Of a DNA stretch of 64,000 bases, positions 23,954 through 33,459 are shown piece after piece. Source of the stretch: Scyliorhinus canicula (lineage: Eukaryota); the NCBI RefSeq assembly GCF_902713615.1, contig NW_024055427.1, positions 124,001 through 188,000 of the forward strand, written 5' to 3'. Under the pieces are notes generated by a model, which saw only the letters and a list, made by a program, of their open reading frames with translations, had not been told where the DNA came from and made no database searches. Made by a program: the position numbers and the translations under genes. Position 1 is the first letter of the stretch, and each line of letters begins with the position of its first letter.

Positions 23954-24768
23954 AAAAATGACTGGCCAAGTCACACCCTGTGACTCCCCTCATTTTTTTT
24001 TCAAAACGAATTTAATGAACACAATACACCTAACAACTCTCCTCCTGCGAGCCGTCTCGCAGGCTTTGCTCATTTACCATCCGAATGTTCCTGGATGTAA
24101 ATAGCATGTGGGATGGCGGCCTAAGGGCTGCCTAACGAAAAATGAAAACAAATTGGAAATGAAAGGTCGAATGGGTTGCGTATGGGCCGCTACGGGTACG
24201 ATTTGAATGGGATCCCCAGGTAGGGCGTGCTGTGCCATACCCGAGCTTGGCTGACCAAAGTGGGTTCTCAGACAGGGCGGGTCCTCAGTGCCGTTTGTCC
24301 ACTGCCTGAGTAACCTGGAGTAAACGGGCAAGAATGTGTTTAGCGTGGATTTGCAGCCTCTATTCGCCGAATAGAGGGGCACCTAAAAACAATGGAGGAG
24401 CCAAGATGCTCCTTCATCTGAAAACAGGGAACAAGTCGTGAACCGTGTCGGTTCACCAGAGGATACAACTGAAGTTCTCAGAAGTTTCGGCAGACAAACT
24501 AACTTGCGTGCGAGGTGGTCGCACTCCTTACAACTGAAAAGATCTCCAATCAAACGGTTGGTTTGCGAACCAAAGTTCTCAAAGGTATTTGCGGACAAAC
24601 TAACGGGTGTGTGAGGTGGTCACAATCTTTTCAGCTGAAAAGATCTGTAATCAATCTCTTAACATATTAACAAACAAACATAAACTGACAAACAAACATA
24701 CGTGCAGGTTCCATCAGAAAGGACATCGCTTCCCTCAAGCGGTTCCTATTTTACATCATCTGAACACC

Positions 24769-26442
24769 TCACTTTTCCTCTGTCTCTGTGAACAGGGTCA
24801 CAAAGGGGTTGCCGTGTCGGGATTCAGACACCGTGTCGTCCTGCTCTCCCGGATCCCACACCCTTGTGTGGATCAGGCATGATATTTTTGAATTGTGTGA
24901 CCGGGGGTCACTTTCGTCATTGCGGACAAGTCGGTACGAATTGTCCCTGTGCCAGAGTGTTGGGTCCAAAAGTGAATAGGTATTGTCGGGGTCGTCGGGG
25001 TCGGGTGGTGGGTCTGGGTTTTTAATGTAAGTGACTTCCATGGGGTCACTGTAGTCGGGGTCATAGTCGCTGCTATGTGGGCTGTAGTGTGGTGTGCTGT
25101 GGCTGTCCTCAGAGTCAGTGTCTGTATTGCTGTCTCTGCCGCGGCAGCTTGTGGGCGTTTCGGGGCGTGGTCTGTCATGGTCAGTGGGCGGAGTCGTGGG
25201 CGAGTCCGATGAAGAACTGGTCTGTGAGGGGGATGGTGGAAACGTGTCTCTAGTGGGTGGGGTGAGGTGTTCTGCTGCGTCTAGCAAGACATGGTGTGCA
25301 TGGTTGGCCTGTGTTCCATATGCCTTTAACTGGTTGATATGGAACCACGCGGTCTTACCATTAGGATATTTTATCCTATAAACTGAGGGGCTAATTTTAT
25401 CCGAAATTGAGTATGGGCCAGAATATTTTGGTGCCAAAAAACTGCTGGGGTTGTATACAGATAACATTACCTGTTGCCCAACCTGGAATTCTGTGGGGTG
25501 AACGGTCTTGTTAAAACAAGCTGTGCGTTGTTTACGGCGTTTCCCTAGCTGAACTGCGGCTGCAATCTGTGCAGACCTCACAGTCTCAACCAAGTCTTTA
25601 ACCGTCTTTTCGTGTGTGAGGGCCGTCACTTCGGGGCTAGTCATGTCCAGTCCTAAAAGGAATTCTGTACCTTTCATAGGGCGTCCGGTCATGAGTGTGT
25701 GTGGTGTGTATCCTGTGGAAGTGGAAACTGTATTTCTGATGAACATTAATGCAAATGGGAGCACTGAATCCCATGTGGAGTTGTTCTCTTGAACCATTTT
25801 CCTAAGCGTGGATTTTAGGGTCCGATTCATGCGCTCTACAATCCCGCTGGACTGTGGGTGATACGCAATATGAAAATTTTGTTTTATTCCAAATATTGTC
25901 AGGACGTTCTTCATGACCCGTCCTGTGAAGTGAGATCCCTGGTCCGAATCGATGCTTCGGGGTAAACCCCATCTCGTGAAGATGTGGTGTGTCAGGATCT
26001 TTGCAGCTGTCTTAGCTGTATTCGTTCTAGAGGGGAATGCCTCTACCCATTTGGTAAAGGTATCGATGACCACCAGAACGTATTTATAGCCATTCCTACA
26101 AGGGGGCAATGGGCCTATAAAGTCGATCTGGAGGTTTGTCCAGGGGCCATTAACTGGTCGAGTATGCCGAAGTTGTGCCTTTTTAGAATACCTCTCCGGG
26201 TTATTCTGGGCGCAAATAAGGCAATTCTCGATGTAGTGACCTACATCTGTCCTTAGGTTAGGCCACCAACAGAGCTGCCTGAGGTGCCTCGTGGTTGCGT
26301 CGGTTCCTTGTTGCCCGTGTCCATCATGGAACAAAGCAATCATTTCATTCCTGTCCTGCTGTGGAACCACATAAAGCTGATCCTTTATGATCACACCCTC
26401 ATGTGTGGTCAGTGCGTGTCTGAATTTGTCATACTGTGGCAC
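24769..26442 (-). CDS. pol: Integrase portion of pol (separated from RT-RNase H by a frameshift near 26450)
   Basis: HDGHG...CLIC zinc motif, IDFIGPLP, DTFTKW, SDQGSHFT, HPQSSGIVERMNRTLK, GPY motif. Confidence 0.92.
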   Translation of the reverse strand: MPQYDKFRHALTTHEGVIIKDQLYVVPQQDRNEMIALFHDGHGQQGTDATTRHLRQLCWWPNLRTDVGHYIENCLICAQNNPERYSKKAQLRHTRPVNGPWTNLQIDFIGPLPPCRNGYKYVLVVIDTFTKWVEAFPSRTNTAKTAAKILTHHIFTRWGLPRSIDSDQGSHFTGRVMKNVLTIFGIKQNFHIAYHPQSSGIVERMNRTLKSTLRKMVQENNSTWDSVLPFALMFIRNTVSTSTGYTPHTLMTGRPMKGTEFLLGLDMTSPEVTALTHEKTVKDLVETVRSAQIAAAVQLGKRRKQRTACFNKTVHPTEFQVGQQVMLSVYNPSSFLAPKYSGPYSISDKISPSVYRIKYPNGKTAWFHINQLKAYGTQANHAHHVLLDAAEHLTPPTRDTFPPSPSQTSSSSDSPTTPPTDHDRPRPETPTSCRGRDSNTDTDSEDSHSTPHYSPHSSDYDPDYSDPMEVTYIKNPDPPPDPDDPDNTYSLLDPTLWHRDNSYRLVRNDESDPRSHNSKISCLIHTRVWDPGEQDDTVSESRHGNPFVTLFTETEEK

Positions 26443-29003
26443 AAAGTTGCCTTGAAAATCTCCCTGAGATCCTCATCTTGCTTTTGTGCCTCTACTAAAT
26501 CTTTAATACTGGTCTGTGAGACTTGGACTGCGCTCACAGGGGCGCTAGCTGGTGCGCTAGCTGGGGGTGTCCATAAGTGTCCTCGCCTGGAACCTGCCTT
26601 AGCCAGTGCGTCGGCTTTTACATTCCCAGGGGGGGATGACCTATGGTGGCTTCTTACTTTTATGATGCCGAAGGTCCTGTCCTTCGCTTTCTCCAAAATG
26701 TGTTTGAGTAAAGGGGCTGATGGAAGGGGTTTCCCATCTGCGGAGACAAAACCTCGTGTCCTCCACAGGGGCAGAAAATCGGTTAAACTATTGCAGACAT
26801 ATAAACTGTCCGAATATATGTCCGCTGGGCTGGGGAAAGAATCGGGGTGGTCCACTATATAAGCTATGGCCGCGAGCTCTGCTGCCTGCGCGCCTAAGTG
26901 TCCGGGTAGTTTTAAAGCTATCTCTTCGAGAGCGCGCCCCTGCGCGTCCTCTACATAGATGCCGCATCCTGTGATACGCTCACCTTCTAAAACTGTGGAT
27001 GAACCGTCTACGTATATCCTCAGTGGTCCACACGTGTCTGTGGGTTGGGGGCTTTGTTTTGGGTTCCCTATCTTCCTGGGGGGTGTCTTTGCTATAAAGG
27101 GTCCTGTGTTATGTAAGGGGGCTACAATTTCACATTCATGGGGCTGTCCTGGGTATTGGAGGTTGTCAGCTAAAAATGTGTGTGTGCGGGTCCGTTTGAC
27201 TGTAATGTCCCGTCCTTGTAAAAGTAGTGTCCACCTAGCTGCCCTAATCTGGCTAACTGAACCGTCCTTCAGTCGACCGTCTAGGAGTAACTGTGTGGGG
27301 GTGTGCTCGGTCAAAATGGTGGTGGGGTTGAGTCCGGTAATGTACGAAAAATATTGCACTGCCCAGAAGACAGCAAGGAGGTGCCTCTCGCAGGCTGAAA
27401 ATCCTTGTTCAACTGGGTCTAACAGTCGGGAGGCATAAGCCACTGGTCTTAGCTGCTCGTGCCGTTCCTGAAGCAACACGGCCGAGAGGGTCAGATCTGT
27501 GCTCGCTACCTCTATTGCATATGGGGAAAGTTGGTCTGGGACTTGTAGCGCGGGTGCTGCGCTAAGGGCTTTCTTTAACTCCTCCACAGCCTCTGTATGC
27601 TGCGGAAGCCATTCCCAGGGGGCTCCTTTCTTAAGGAGGTCTGAGAGTGGGGCGGCTTTTGTCGCGAATCCGTCGATGTGGTTCCGACAATAACCAACCA
27701 GTTCTAAAAACGACCGGAGGGCTGAAACATTCTGGGGAAGGGGCAATTTGACAATCGAATCAATTCTTTTGAATTCGATCTCGCGTTTGCCGTGCGTGAT
27801 GATTGTACCCAAATACATCACTTTATTTTCCAAAATCTGGGCCTTTCTTGGGTTAACTTTACATCCAATCTCGGTTAAAAGTTCCAGGAGTTCGGCCAGA
27901 AGCGTAATGTGCTCTGCCTTTGTGTCTGTCTGCAGTAGTAGGTCGTCTACATACTGTACCAGACATTCGGGGCGGGAAAATTTTTCTAAGCCATTCGCCA
28001 ACTGTCGGTGGAAAATGGAGGGGGAATTGTGGAATCCTTGTGGAAGGCATGTCCACGTATACTGTTGTGTTTTAAAAGTGAAGGCAAATTTGTACTGGCA
28101 CGCCTTTGCCAATGGGATTGACCAGAAGCCATTGCTAATGTCCAAAACCGTGAAATATTTGGAGTTGAGTCCCTGCTTGAGCATGGTCTCGGGACTTGTT
28201 GCTACCGTGGGGGCTACTGCTGGGGTTACTTTATTGAGTTCCCGATAATCAATGGTCAGACGCCATGATCCGTCGGGCTTTCTCACTGGCCAAATAGGAG
28301 CATTATTGGTCGAGGCTACTGTTCTAAGCACACCTTGCTCCAATAAGCTACCTATCACCTTTTCTATTTCTACCTCTGCTTCTAGGGGAAATCTATATTG
28401 TTTTTGTGGTCTGGGGTCAGGTCCGGTAACGTGAATTTGTCCAGCCATTCTGCCGCAGTCATGCCGGTGACTGGCAAATGCTGTCCTGTGTTTATTCAGT
28501 ACTGCCTTAACTTGTCTGTCCGTGTTTAGTGTAGTCAAGTCAAATGAGTATTCTCCTACTGCACTAATCCTGTTAGCGTACTCTCCTACTGTGAGAGTAG
28601 CGGGTGCTCTGTCCGATCTTGCCATTCGCCAGACACATTGGTTCACTGGGTCGAACGACAGGCTATGGGCATTCATAAAATCTGTCCCTAGGATGTGTTC
28701 TGCTGTCCGGGGAAGATTTACTAAAACAACGGGGTGTTTGGTGGAAATGTTCCCTAGCTGGATTGCTACGGGTGCTGTAATATGTCCCTGCTGCGAGTGT
28801 CCGGTGAACCCGCTAAGTGTGATGGTGGAGGTGGTCGGCCACGTGTCTGTGTGTGCCGTGGTGGTGGAGTTAATTGTGGTGCGGGAGCCTCCTGTGTCCC
28901 AAAGTAACTCTATGGGCTTCCCTCTTAATTTTGCCGTGACTACTGGTCTTCCTGATGGATCCCATAGTGTGTCACAGACCCAAGTGGGGGAGCCCGAACA
29001 CCG
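26409..29003 (-). CDS. pol: Protease-RT-tether-RNase H portion of pol, in frame with gag across a UGA
   Basis: LWDTGGS at about 28896; PQKQY, DYRELNK, LDISNGFW, LPQGFHNSP, YVDD (27942-27953). Degenerate RNH at about 27280-27525. Intact RNH with YVDGS / AELAA / YSDS / KADALA at about 26600-27020. Confidence 0.93.
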   Translation of the reverse strand, partial: RCSGSPTWVCDTLWDPSGRPVVTAKLRGKPIELLWDTGGSRTTINSTTTAHTDTWPTTSTITLSGFTGHSQQGHITAPVAIQLGNISTKHPVVLVNLPRTAEHILGTDFMNAHSLSFDPVNQCVWRMARSDRAPATLTVGEYANRISAVGEYSFDLTTLNTDRQVKAVLNKHRTAFASHRHDCGRMAGQIHVTGPDPRPQKQYRFPLEAEVEIEKVIGSLLEQGVLRTVASTNNAPIWPVRKPDGSWRLTIDYRELNKVTPAVAPTVATSPETMLKQGLNSKYFTVLDISNGFWSIPLAKACQYKFAFTFKTQQYTWTCLPQGFHNSPSIFHRQLANGLEKFSRPECLVQYVDDLLLQTDTKAEHITLLAELLELLTEIGCKVNPRKAQILENKVMYLGTIITHGKREIEFKRIDSIVKLPLPQNVSALRSFLELVGYCRNHIDGFATKAAPLSDLLKKGAPWEWLPQHTEAVEELKKALSAAPALQVPDQLSPYAIEVASTDLTLSAVLLQERHEQLRPVAYASRLLDPVEQGFSACERHLLAVFWAVQYFSYITGLNPTTILTEHTPTQLLLDGRLKDGSVSQIRAARWTLLLQGRDITVKRTRTHTFLADNLQYPGQPHECEIVAPLHNTGPFIAKTPPRKIGNPKQSPQPTDTCGPLRIYVDGSSTVLEGERITGCGIYVEDAQGRALEEIALKLPGHLGAQAAELAAIAYIVDHPDSFPSPADIYSDSLYVCNSLTDFLPLWRTRGFVSADGKPLPSAPLLKHILEKAKDRTFGIIKVRSHHRSSPPGNVKADALAKAGSRRGHLWTPPASAPASAPVSAVQVSQTSIKDLVEAQKQDEDLREIFKATLCHSMTNSDTH

Positions 29004-30752
29004 TCAGTCCATTCCGTCCACATTGGTCTGTCCTGACTGTATCCCTATACTATGGATCGGTTTTGTTTTATTCCTGTTCAGAGTGCCTGTCTGCTGGCCT
29101 CTCTGTGATCTCTGGGGTCCATTACATTCTTTTGCCCAATGCCCTAACTGTCCACAGTTGTAGCATTCCTGCGACTTCTGTGGAGGACTGCTCTTTCCTT
29201 CATTCACCCATGCGGGTTTTTGGTGCTCTCTCACTGCCTGTATGTCTGCTGCAGCCTGAGCTTCTTCTGGGGATTGAACTCTACTCTTGCCCTGAACTGA
29301 TTGCTCCCAAGTGCGGGACAATCTTTTCAGGACCCACTTCTCATTATGGGCTTCCTCTGAGGGGTCATAGCTGTTGCAAACGCTCTGTCCTGCTTCTGTT
29401 GCATGTGAAATTATGGTGCGCGTCCATTTAACCATGTTTTCACGGTTCAAATGGGCTCTATTTAAATCGCCAAATACTGCATTAAAATGGATCCACAGCC
29501 TTCCGGCGAATGCTGTGGGGTGCTCGGATTTCTTCTGCCGGCACTTATTAAGTCCTTCTACGGGGTCACCTCGATTATACCCTATGGCATCTAAAATGGA
29601 GGTGTGCATTTCCTCTAGGGTGCCTCCGCCAACATTCTGTGGGTCGGGGAGGGCTGCTACAACCGATTGGTCCAAACTCAGAACTGTGAGTTTGACCTGC
29701 TCTCTCTCGTCCAGGCCGTACATGGTAGCCTGCTGTTTTACCTTAGCGAAAAACTGGTGGGGGTCTGCGGTGGGGAGAAACGGAGTGATCTTCTCACACG
29801 CGTCCCTTAGTTGGGTTACAGTTAAGGGGGTGGTGTAAGTTATATCGGGTGCGCCGTCTATGGTCGCTTTTCTCTGGGTGGTGACTGGATTCATTGGAAT
29901 GGTGAGGAGCTGATCTGTAGGGGGTTGGGGTGCTTGCCTTTTCTGCTGCGCTGCTGGCGCACATGTTCCCTGAACATAACGCTGCGCTGTCTCACTTAAC
30001 TCTTTCCAGTCTGGGGCATTCTCCTCATCTAACTGGGTTCCAAAGGTGCTTTGAAACCCATTTTGCACCGAAAGCAGCGATTGCAGCTCTGCAATCTGTT
30101 TCCTGCATTTCGCTTGGTCTACTGTACTTTGCCTTTGTTCGGTGGTTGCAGCATGGAGTGCTCTCAAAGCTGCTTTAAGGTCAGAGCATTGCCTCTGCAA
30201 AGCTTCTACCTGCTTCTCTGATTCTTCTCTTATCAGGACGGCACGTTGCACGTCCTGATAGGCCTTTTCGTACTGGGTCAGGGAACTGCTGAGATGGGCT
30301 AGACAAGACTGATGTGCCCTCTTGGCATCATCCACCTCTCTACCTTTCTCTGCCAACTTCCCTCTAAGTTCCATGTTTTCCTTTTCGATGTCCCTGACAT
30401 CCACTTTACTCATTCTATTCCTTTCTTCTAATTCTGCCCGGAGCGTCTGAACGACCTCCTCTGTGCCTCGCAATTGTGCCAAACAGGACACAATCGCCAT
30501 CGGCTTACGTGCTTTACTCATGTTTTTCTTATGAATTTGAGAGAGGTTCTCCCACCAAGTATGTCCTATACTTCCGGGACCTGTCTCCTCATTCAAACAA
30601 AACTCTTTCCAAAGGGGCCATCCCTTTCCTTGCAGATACTTGCGGAGTTCCAGCTCCCACATGGGACACTGACCTACTCGGCTACTGCTGCTGGTCGCTG
30701 CGACCACAAACCGTTCTGGGTTCATGAGGCGTTCCATTGCCTGCATGGCCAT
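29004..30752 (-). CDS. gag: Gag-like polyprotein, 582 aa
   Basis: Long heptad-rich coiled-coil-like segment, capsid-like central region, single CCHC knuckle CYNCGQLGHWAKEC; located directly 3' of the 5' LTR. Confidence 0.88.
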   Translation of the reverse strand: MAMQAMERLMNPERFVVAATSSSSRVGQCPMWELELRKYLQGKGWPLWKEFCLNEETGPGSIGHTWWENLSQIHKKNMSKARKPMAIVSCLAQLRGTEEVVQTLRAELEERNRMSKVDVRDIEKENMELRGKLAEKGREVDDAKRAHQSCLAHLSSSLTQYEKAYQDVQRAVLIREESEKQVEALQRQCSDLKAALRALHAATTEQRQSTVDQAKCRKQIAELQSLLSVQNGFQSTFGTQLDEENAPDWKELSETAQRYVQGTCAPAAQQKRQAPQPPTDQLLTIPMNPVTTQRKATIDGAPDITYTTPLTVTQLRDACEKITPFLPTADPHQFFAKVKQQATMYGLDEREQVKLTVLSLDQSVVAALPDPQNVGGGTLEEMHTSILDAIGYNRGDPVEGLNKCRQKKSEHPTAFAGRLWIHFNAVFGDLNRAHLNRENMVKWTRTIISHATEAGQSVCNSYDPSEEAHNEKWVLKRLSRTWEQSVQGKSRVQSPEEAQAAADIQAVREHQKPAWVNEGKSSPPQKSQECYNCGQLGHWAKECNGPQRSQRGQQTGTLNRNKTKPIHSIGIQSGQTNVDGMD

Positions 30753-31070
30753 TTTCTCTGACTCACTTTTAAATTTAGGAACAGGGGGTGTTGAGGTTAT
30801 GTCTCACGAAACGGGTAAGGCTTACGCTATGTTCCGTTCACAAAACTACCGAAAGTTTGTCGCAACAAAAATGCTTTCAGGTTTTCCTTACAACCCTGTT
30901 AGTACGCATGCACTAAACACACTTCCGAATTACGCTTATTTCTTTGAACACCTTGAATATTTGTGATTTCTTTCCGTTTTCTTTACCAGATTTCCAATTC
31001 AAATTTCAGGGTCCTCGACGGAGTGGGGGTACCACTTGTAACCGTGTCCCGTCAGGATGTCGCCTCTAAA

Positions 31071-32036
31071 TGTTGCACGTTTTGCTATGGGCGCAGAACG
31101 CGTTTATTGGGGTGTATTAACTTGCCTATGTTAAAGGCCGTGTGCTTAACACCACTAGGCTCTGTCTTATGTATTTTTCAGCTCAGGAGTCGCCAGTTGC
31201 CATATAGACAACTCACATATATTCCAAGGTCAGGTTCAAAGTAATAAAACGATACACCGATTAGTAAGTTCCAAACGATCAATATTTATTATACAATTAT
31301 AATAAATACGCATGCACACACTAAGGGACTAAGCTATGACTAAACTAAGCAAACAGAATACTTAACTACACAGGAACAGGCAAGGTCAGGGAGCGAGGCC
31401 TTCGTCCCGGTCTTGGGCTGCAACCTTCAGAAAGCGTGCTGGTCACTGGGGGTTTAGCGGGCTTGTTTCGCGTAGCGAGCGTCGTATTGGCACTTACGGT
31501 TCGGCGGCTGGTGCTCAACGGCTGGAGTCAGGATACGAGTTGGAGGTCTTGGTCAAAGCCGGAGCACGAAACAACAGACAGGACCATGTGTGGGGGTCTA
31601 TATTTATAGGGGTCCCCAATGTCCTTCCCTCTTCCTGGGCGGGCTTTACCTTTAGGTATCGATTGGATCGCTTCCAATCGATATCTTTTGAATTCCTCCA
31701 ATGTAAGGGTCTTTCTCGATGGTGGGGGCGGTTTCTATAGTGGATACTTCTGGTGCCGCTCTGTCTGGACATCCACTTAAAGTATCTTATTCAAACCCAA
31801 ATGTTGCCATTGTGTGTGCCTAGATCTGGACTGCCTCATTAGTATGTAGAACGTTCTGCCATTATCACCTTTGGTTGGAGATCTTCCACCTGGCCAGAAA
31901 CTGGTTTTGCTGCTTGCAAAATGCTAATGAGTGTTTGCAGGCTGTTTGCCTTGGCTAAACTGTTTTTCCCTACAGTCTTAGCGATTCTCCATTTTGTTTG
32001 GTTCAGTGTCCATTTTAGGTGGCTACAGTGGCTACA
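31071..32036 (-). repeat. 5' LTR
   Basis: Near-identical to 19915-20880; followed by TSD actt. Confidence 0.95.
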
Positions 32037-32519
32037 ACTTTAAGAAGGAAATGTAAAGGCAATTACATGGCTATGTAGAAAAGACTATTTTTGAAAGAAG
32101 AATAAGGTAACCATTTCAAAGTGTCTCGGGCAATATAGATCGTGTAGCCTCATCCCTGACTCGAAGATTCTAGATTCTAGTCCGTCATGTCCTTTCCAAT
32201 ATATTTCTTCTCAGTGCCTTGCACAGTGAGCAGGTGCAGGATGGTCACGGTGCAGTGAAGATTCAACCGTCGCTATTTCCGCTCCATCACTCCGAGCACA
32301 GCTGAGAGTCACCGCACACGTCACTCAATATTCAGACTGCGTTACCCCCGCCCACTGCTTCCGGTTGCTGCTCTCACTCTGACCCAATTGTGGAGAGATT
32401 GCTGCTGCTGGTTCATTCCTCTCATTGGCCGGTTCAGCAGTGCAGTGTGACGGGGATCTGTATTTCTGTCTCTGACAGAGGATGTCTCTCATTGCAGAAT
32501 CACAAACTCAGGAAGGATC

Positions 32520-33024
32520 ATGAGGAACCATCTCGCTTCGCTGCTCGTCATTATCTCACTTCTCAGTCAGTATTTCCTTCCCAGTAACACTCCATTCTCT
32601 TCCTGAATGCCGTAACCCTGATTTTATTGTTGGTAAAATGACAGAGATTATTTTGCTGATGATCGTATTGCTGAATGCGATGCTAACTCTGATTGTCATT
32701 ATTGTTGTTACTTCTGTTAGAATGGAGCCACCAGGACACCGTGGAACAAAAGGAACCTGAAATAACGGTTACAGAGGAAAGGAATGCCACAATAACCTGC
32801 ACCTTGAAAACAGGTGCTGCTAACCCTTATGTGTACTGGTACAGTCAGCAGCCCGGGAAAGCTCCAATGTACATGTTTCTTCTTATTGGACAGACGGTGC
32901 AACGGAACACCGACCTCAATAATCGGTTTTCTTCTGCGTTTGATAAAAAAGACAAGACTACCGAGCTAACGATCAGTAACACAATGATCTCAGACAGCGC
33001 CTTGTATTTCTGTGCCATGAAGCC
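32520..33024 (+). CDS. TCR alpha/delta-type V gene: leader 32520-32565, intron 32566-32720, V exon 32721-33024; open frame
   Basis: MRNHLASLLVIISLL|KWSHQDTVEQ...ITC...VYWYSQQP...DSALYFCAMKP. Confidence 0.9.
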
Positions 33025-33064
33025 CACACTGCTACAGAGATACAGTGGACCCCGTACAAAAACC
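33025..33064 (+). other. RSS: CACACTG, 24-nt spacer, ACAAAAACC
   Basis: Heptamer 33025-33031; perfect nonamer 33056-33064. Confidence 0.85.
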
Positions 33065-33459
33065 CCACACTGGCAGTTCCAGCTGCTGCTCAGCAGGGCG
33101 CGCGTCATCATGGGCAGTTCAGGTTACACAGTGAGTGACAAACATTGTAACAAAACATCTCAAAAATAACAAGAGGTGAGGTCCACTTGCACAGTTAAAC
33201 CAATTTACGATTGCAACTTGCATTCATAACAGATGTAAGATTGACGAATCGATCTGTTATTCCTTAAATCCTGCTTCTTGTTCATATCTTGGTGTACAGA
33301 CTCACTCACTCAGTAAACTATCAGGTCTCATTGGACAATAGCAAATGCAACAATTTAAATTAATGTTGAGCTTTTCACATCATTACATGTCCAAAGCAGT
33401 TTCAGAGGAGCATTTAGGTCAAATGATCAAAAACCTGCTCAAAGAGTTCGGTTATTTGG

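Larger units (their letters stand above)
19915..32036 (-). mobile_element. Full-length LTR retroelement / endogenous retrovirus (retrovirus-grade Pol, no canonical env)
   Basis: 966-bp direct LTRs, TG...CA ends, 4-bp TSD actt (19911-19914 and 32037-32040), PPT aaggagggaa (minus) at 20881-20890, gag-pro-RT-tether-RNaseH-IN order. Confidence 0.95.

Noticed and set aside
20881-24769. Canonical env gene in the LTR element
   Set aside because: After removing the L1, only about 1.7 kb remains, and it has no long ORF, furin site or fusion-peptide/heptad pattern.
22434-28434. Many 60-260 aa ORFs overlapping the L1 ORF2 and pol (e.g. 22882..23661, 27748..28248, 26284..26862)
   Set aside because: These are antisense or alternate-frame shadows of GC-rich coding sequence with no recognisable motifs.
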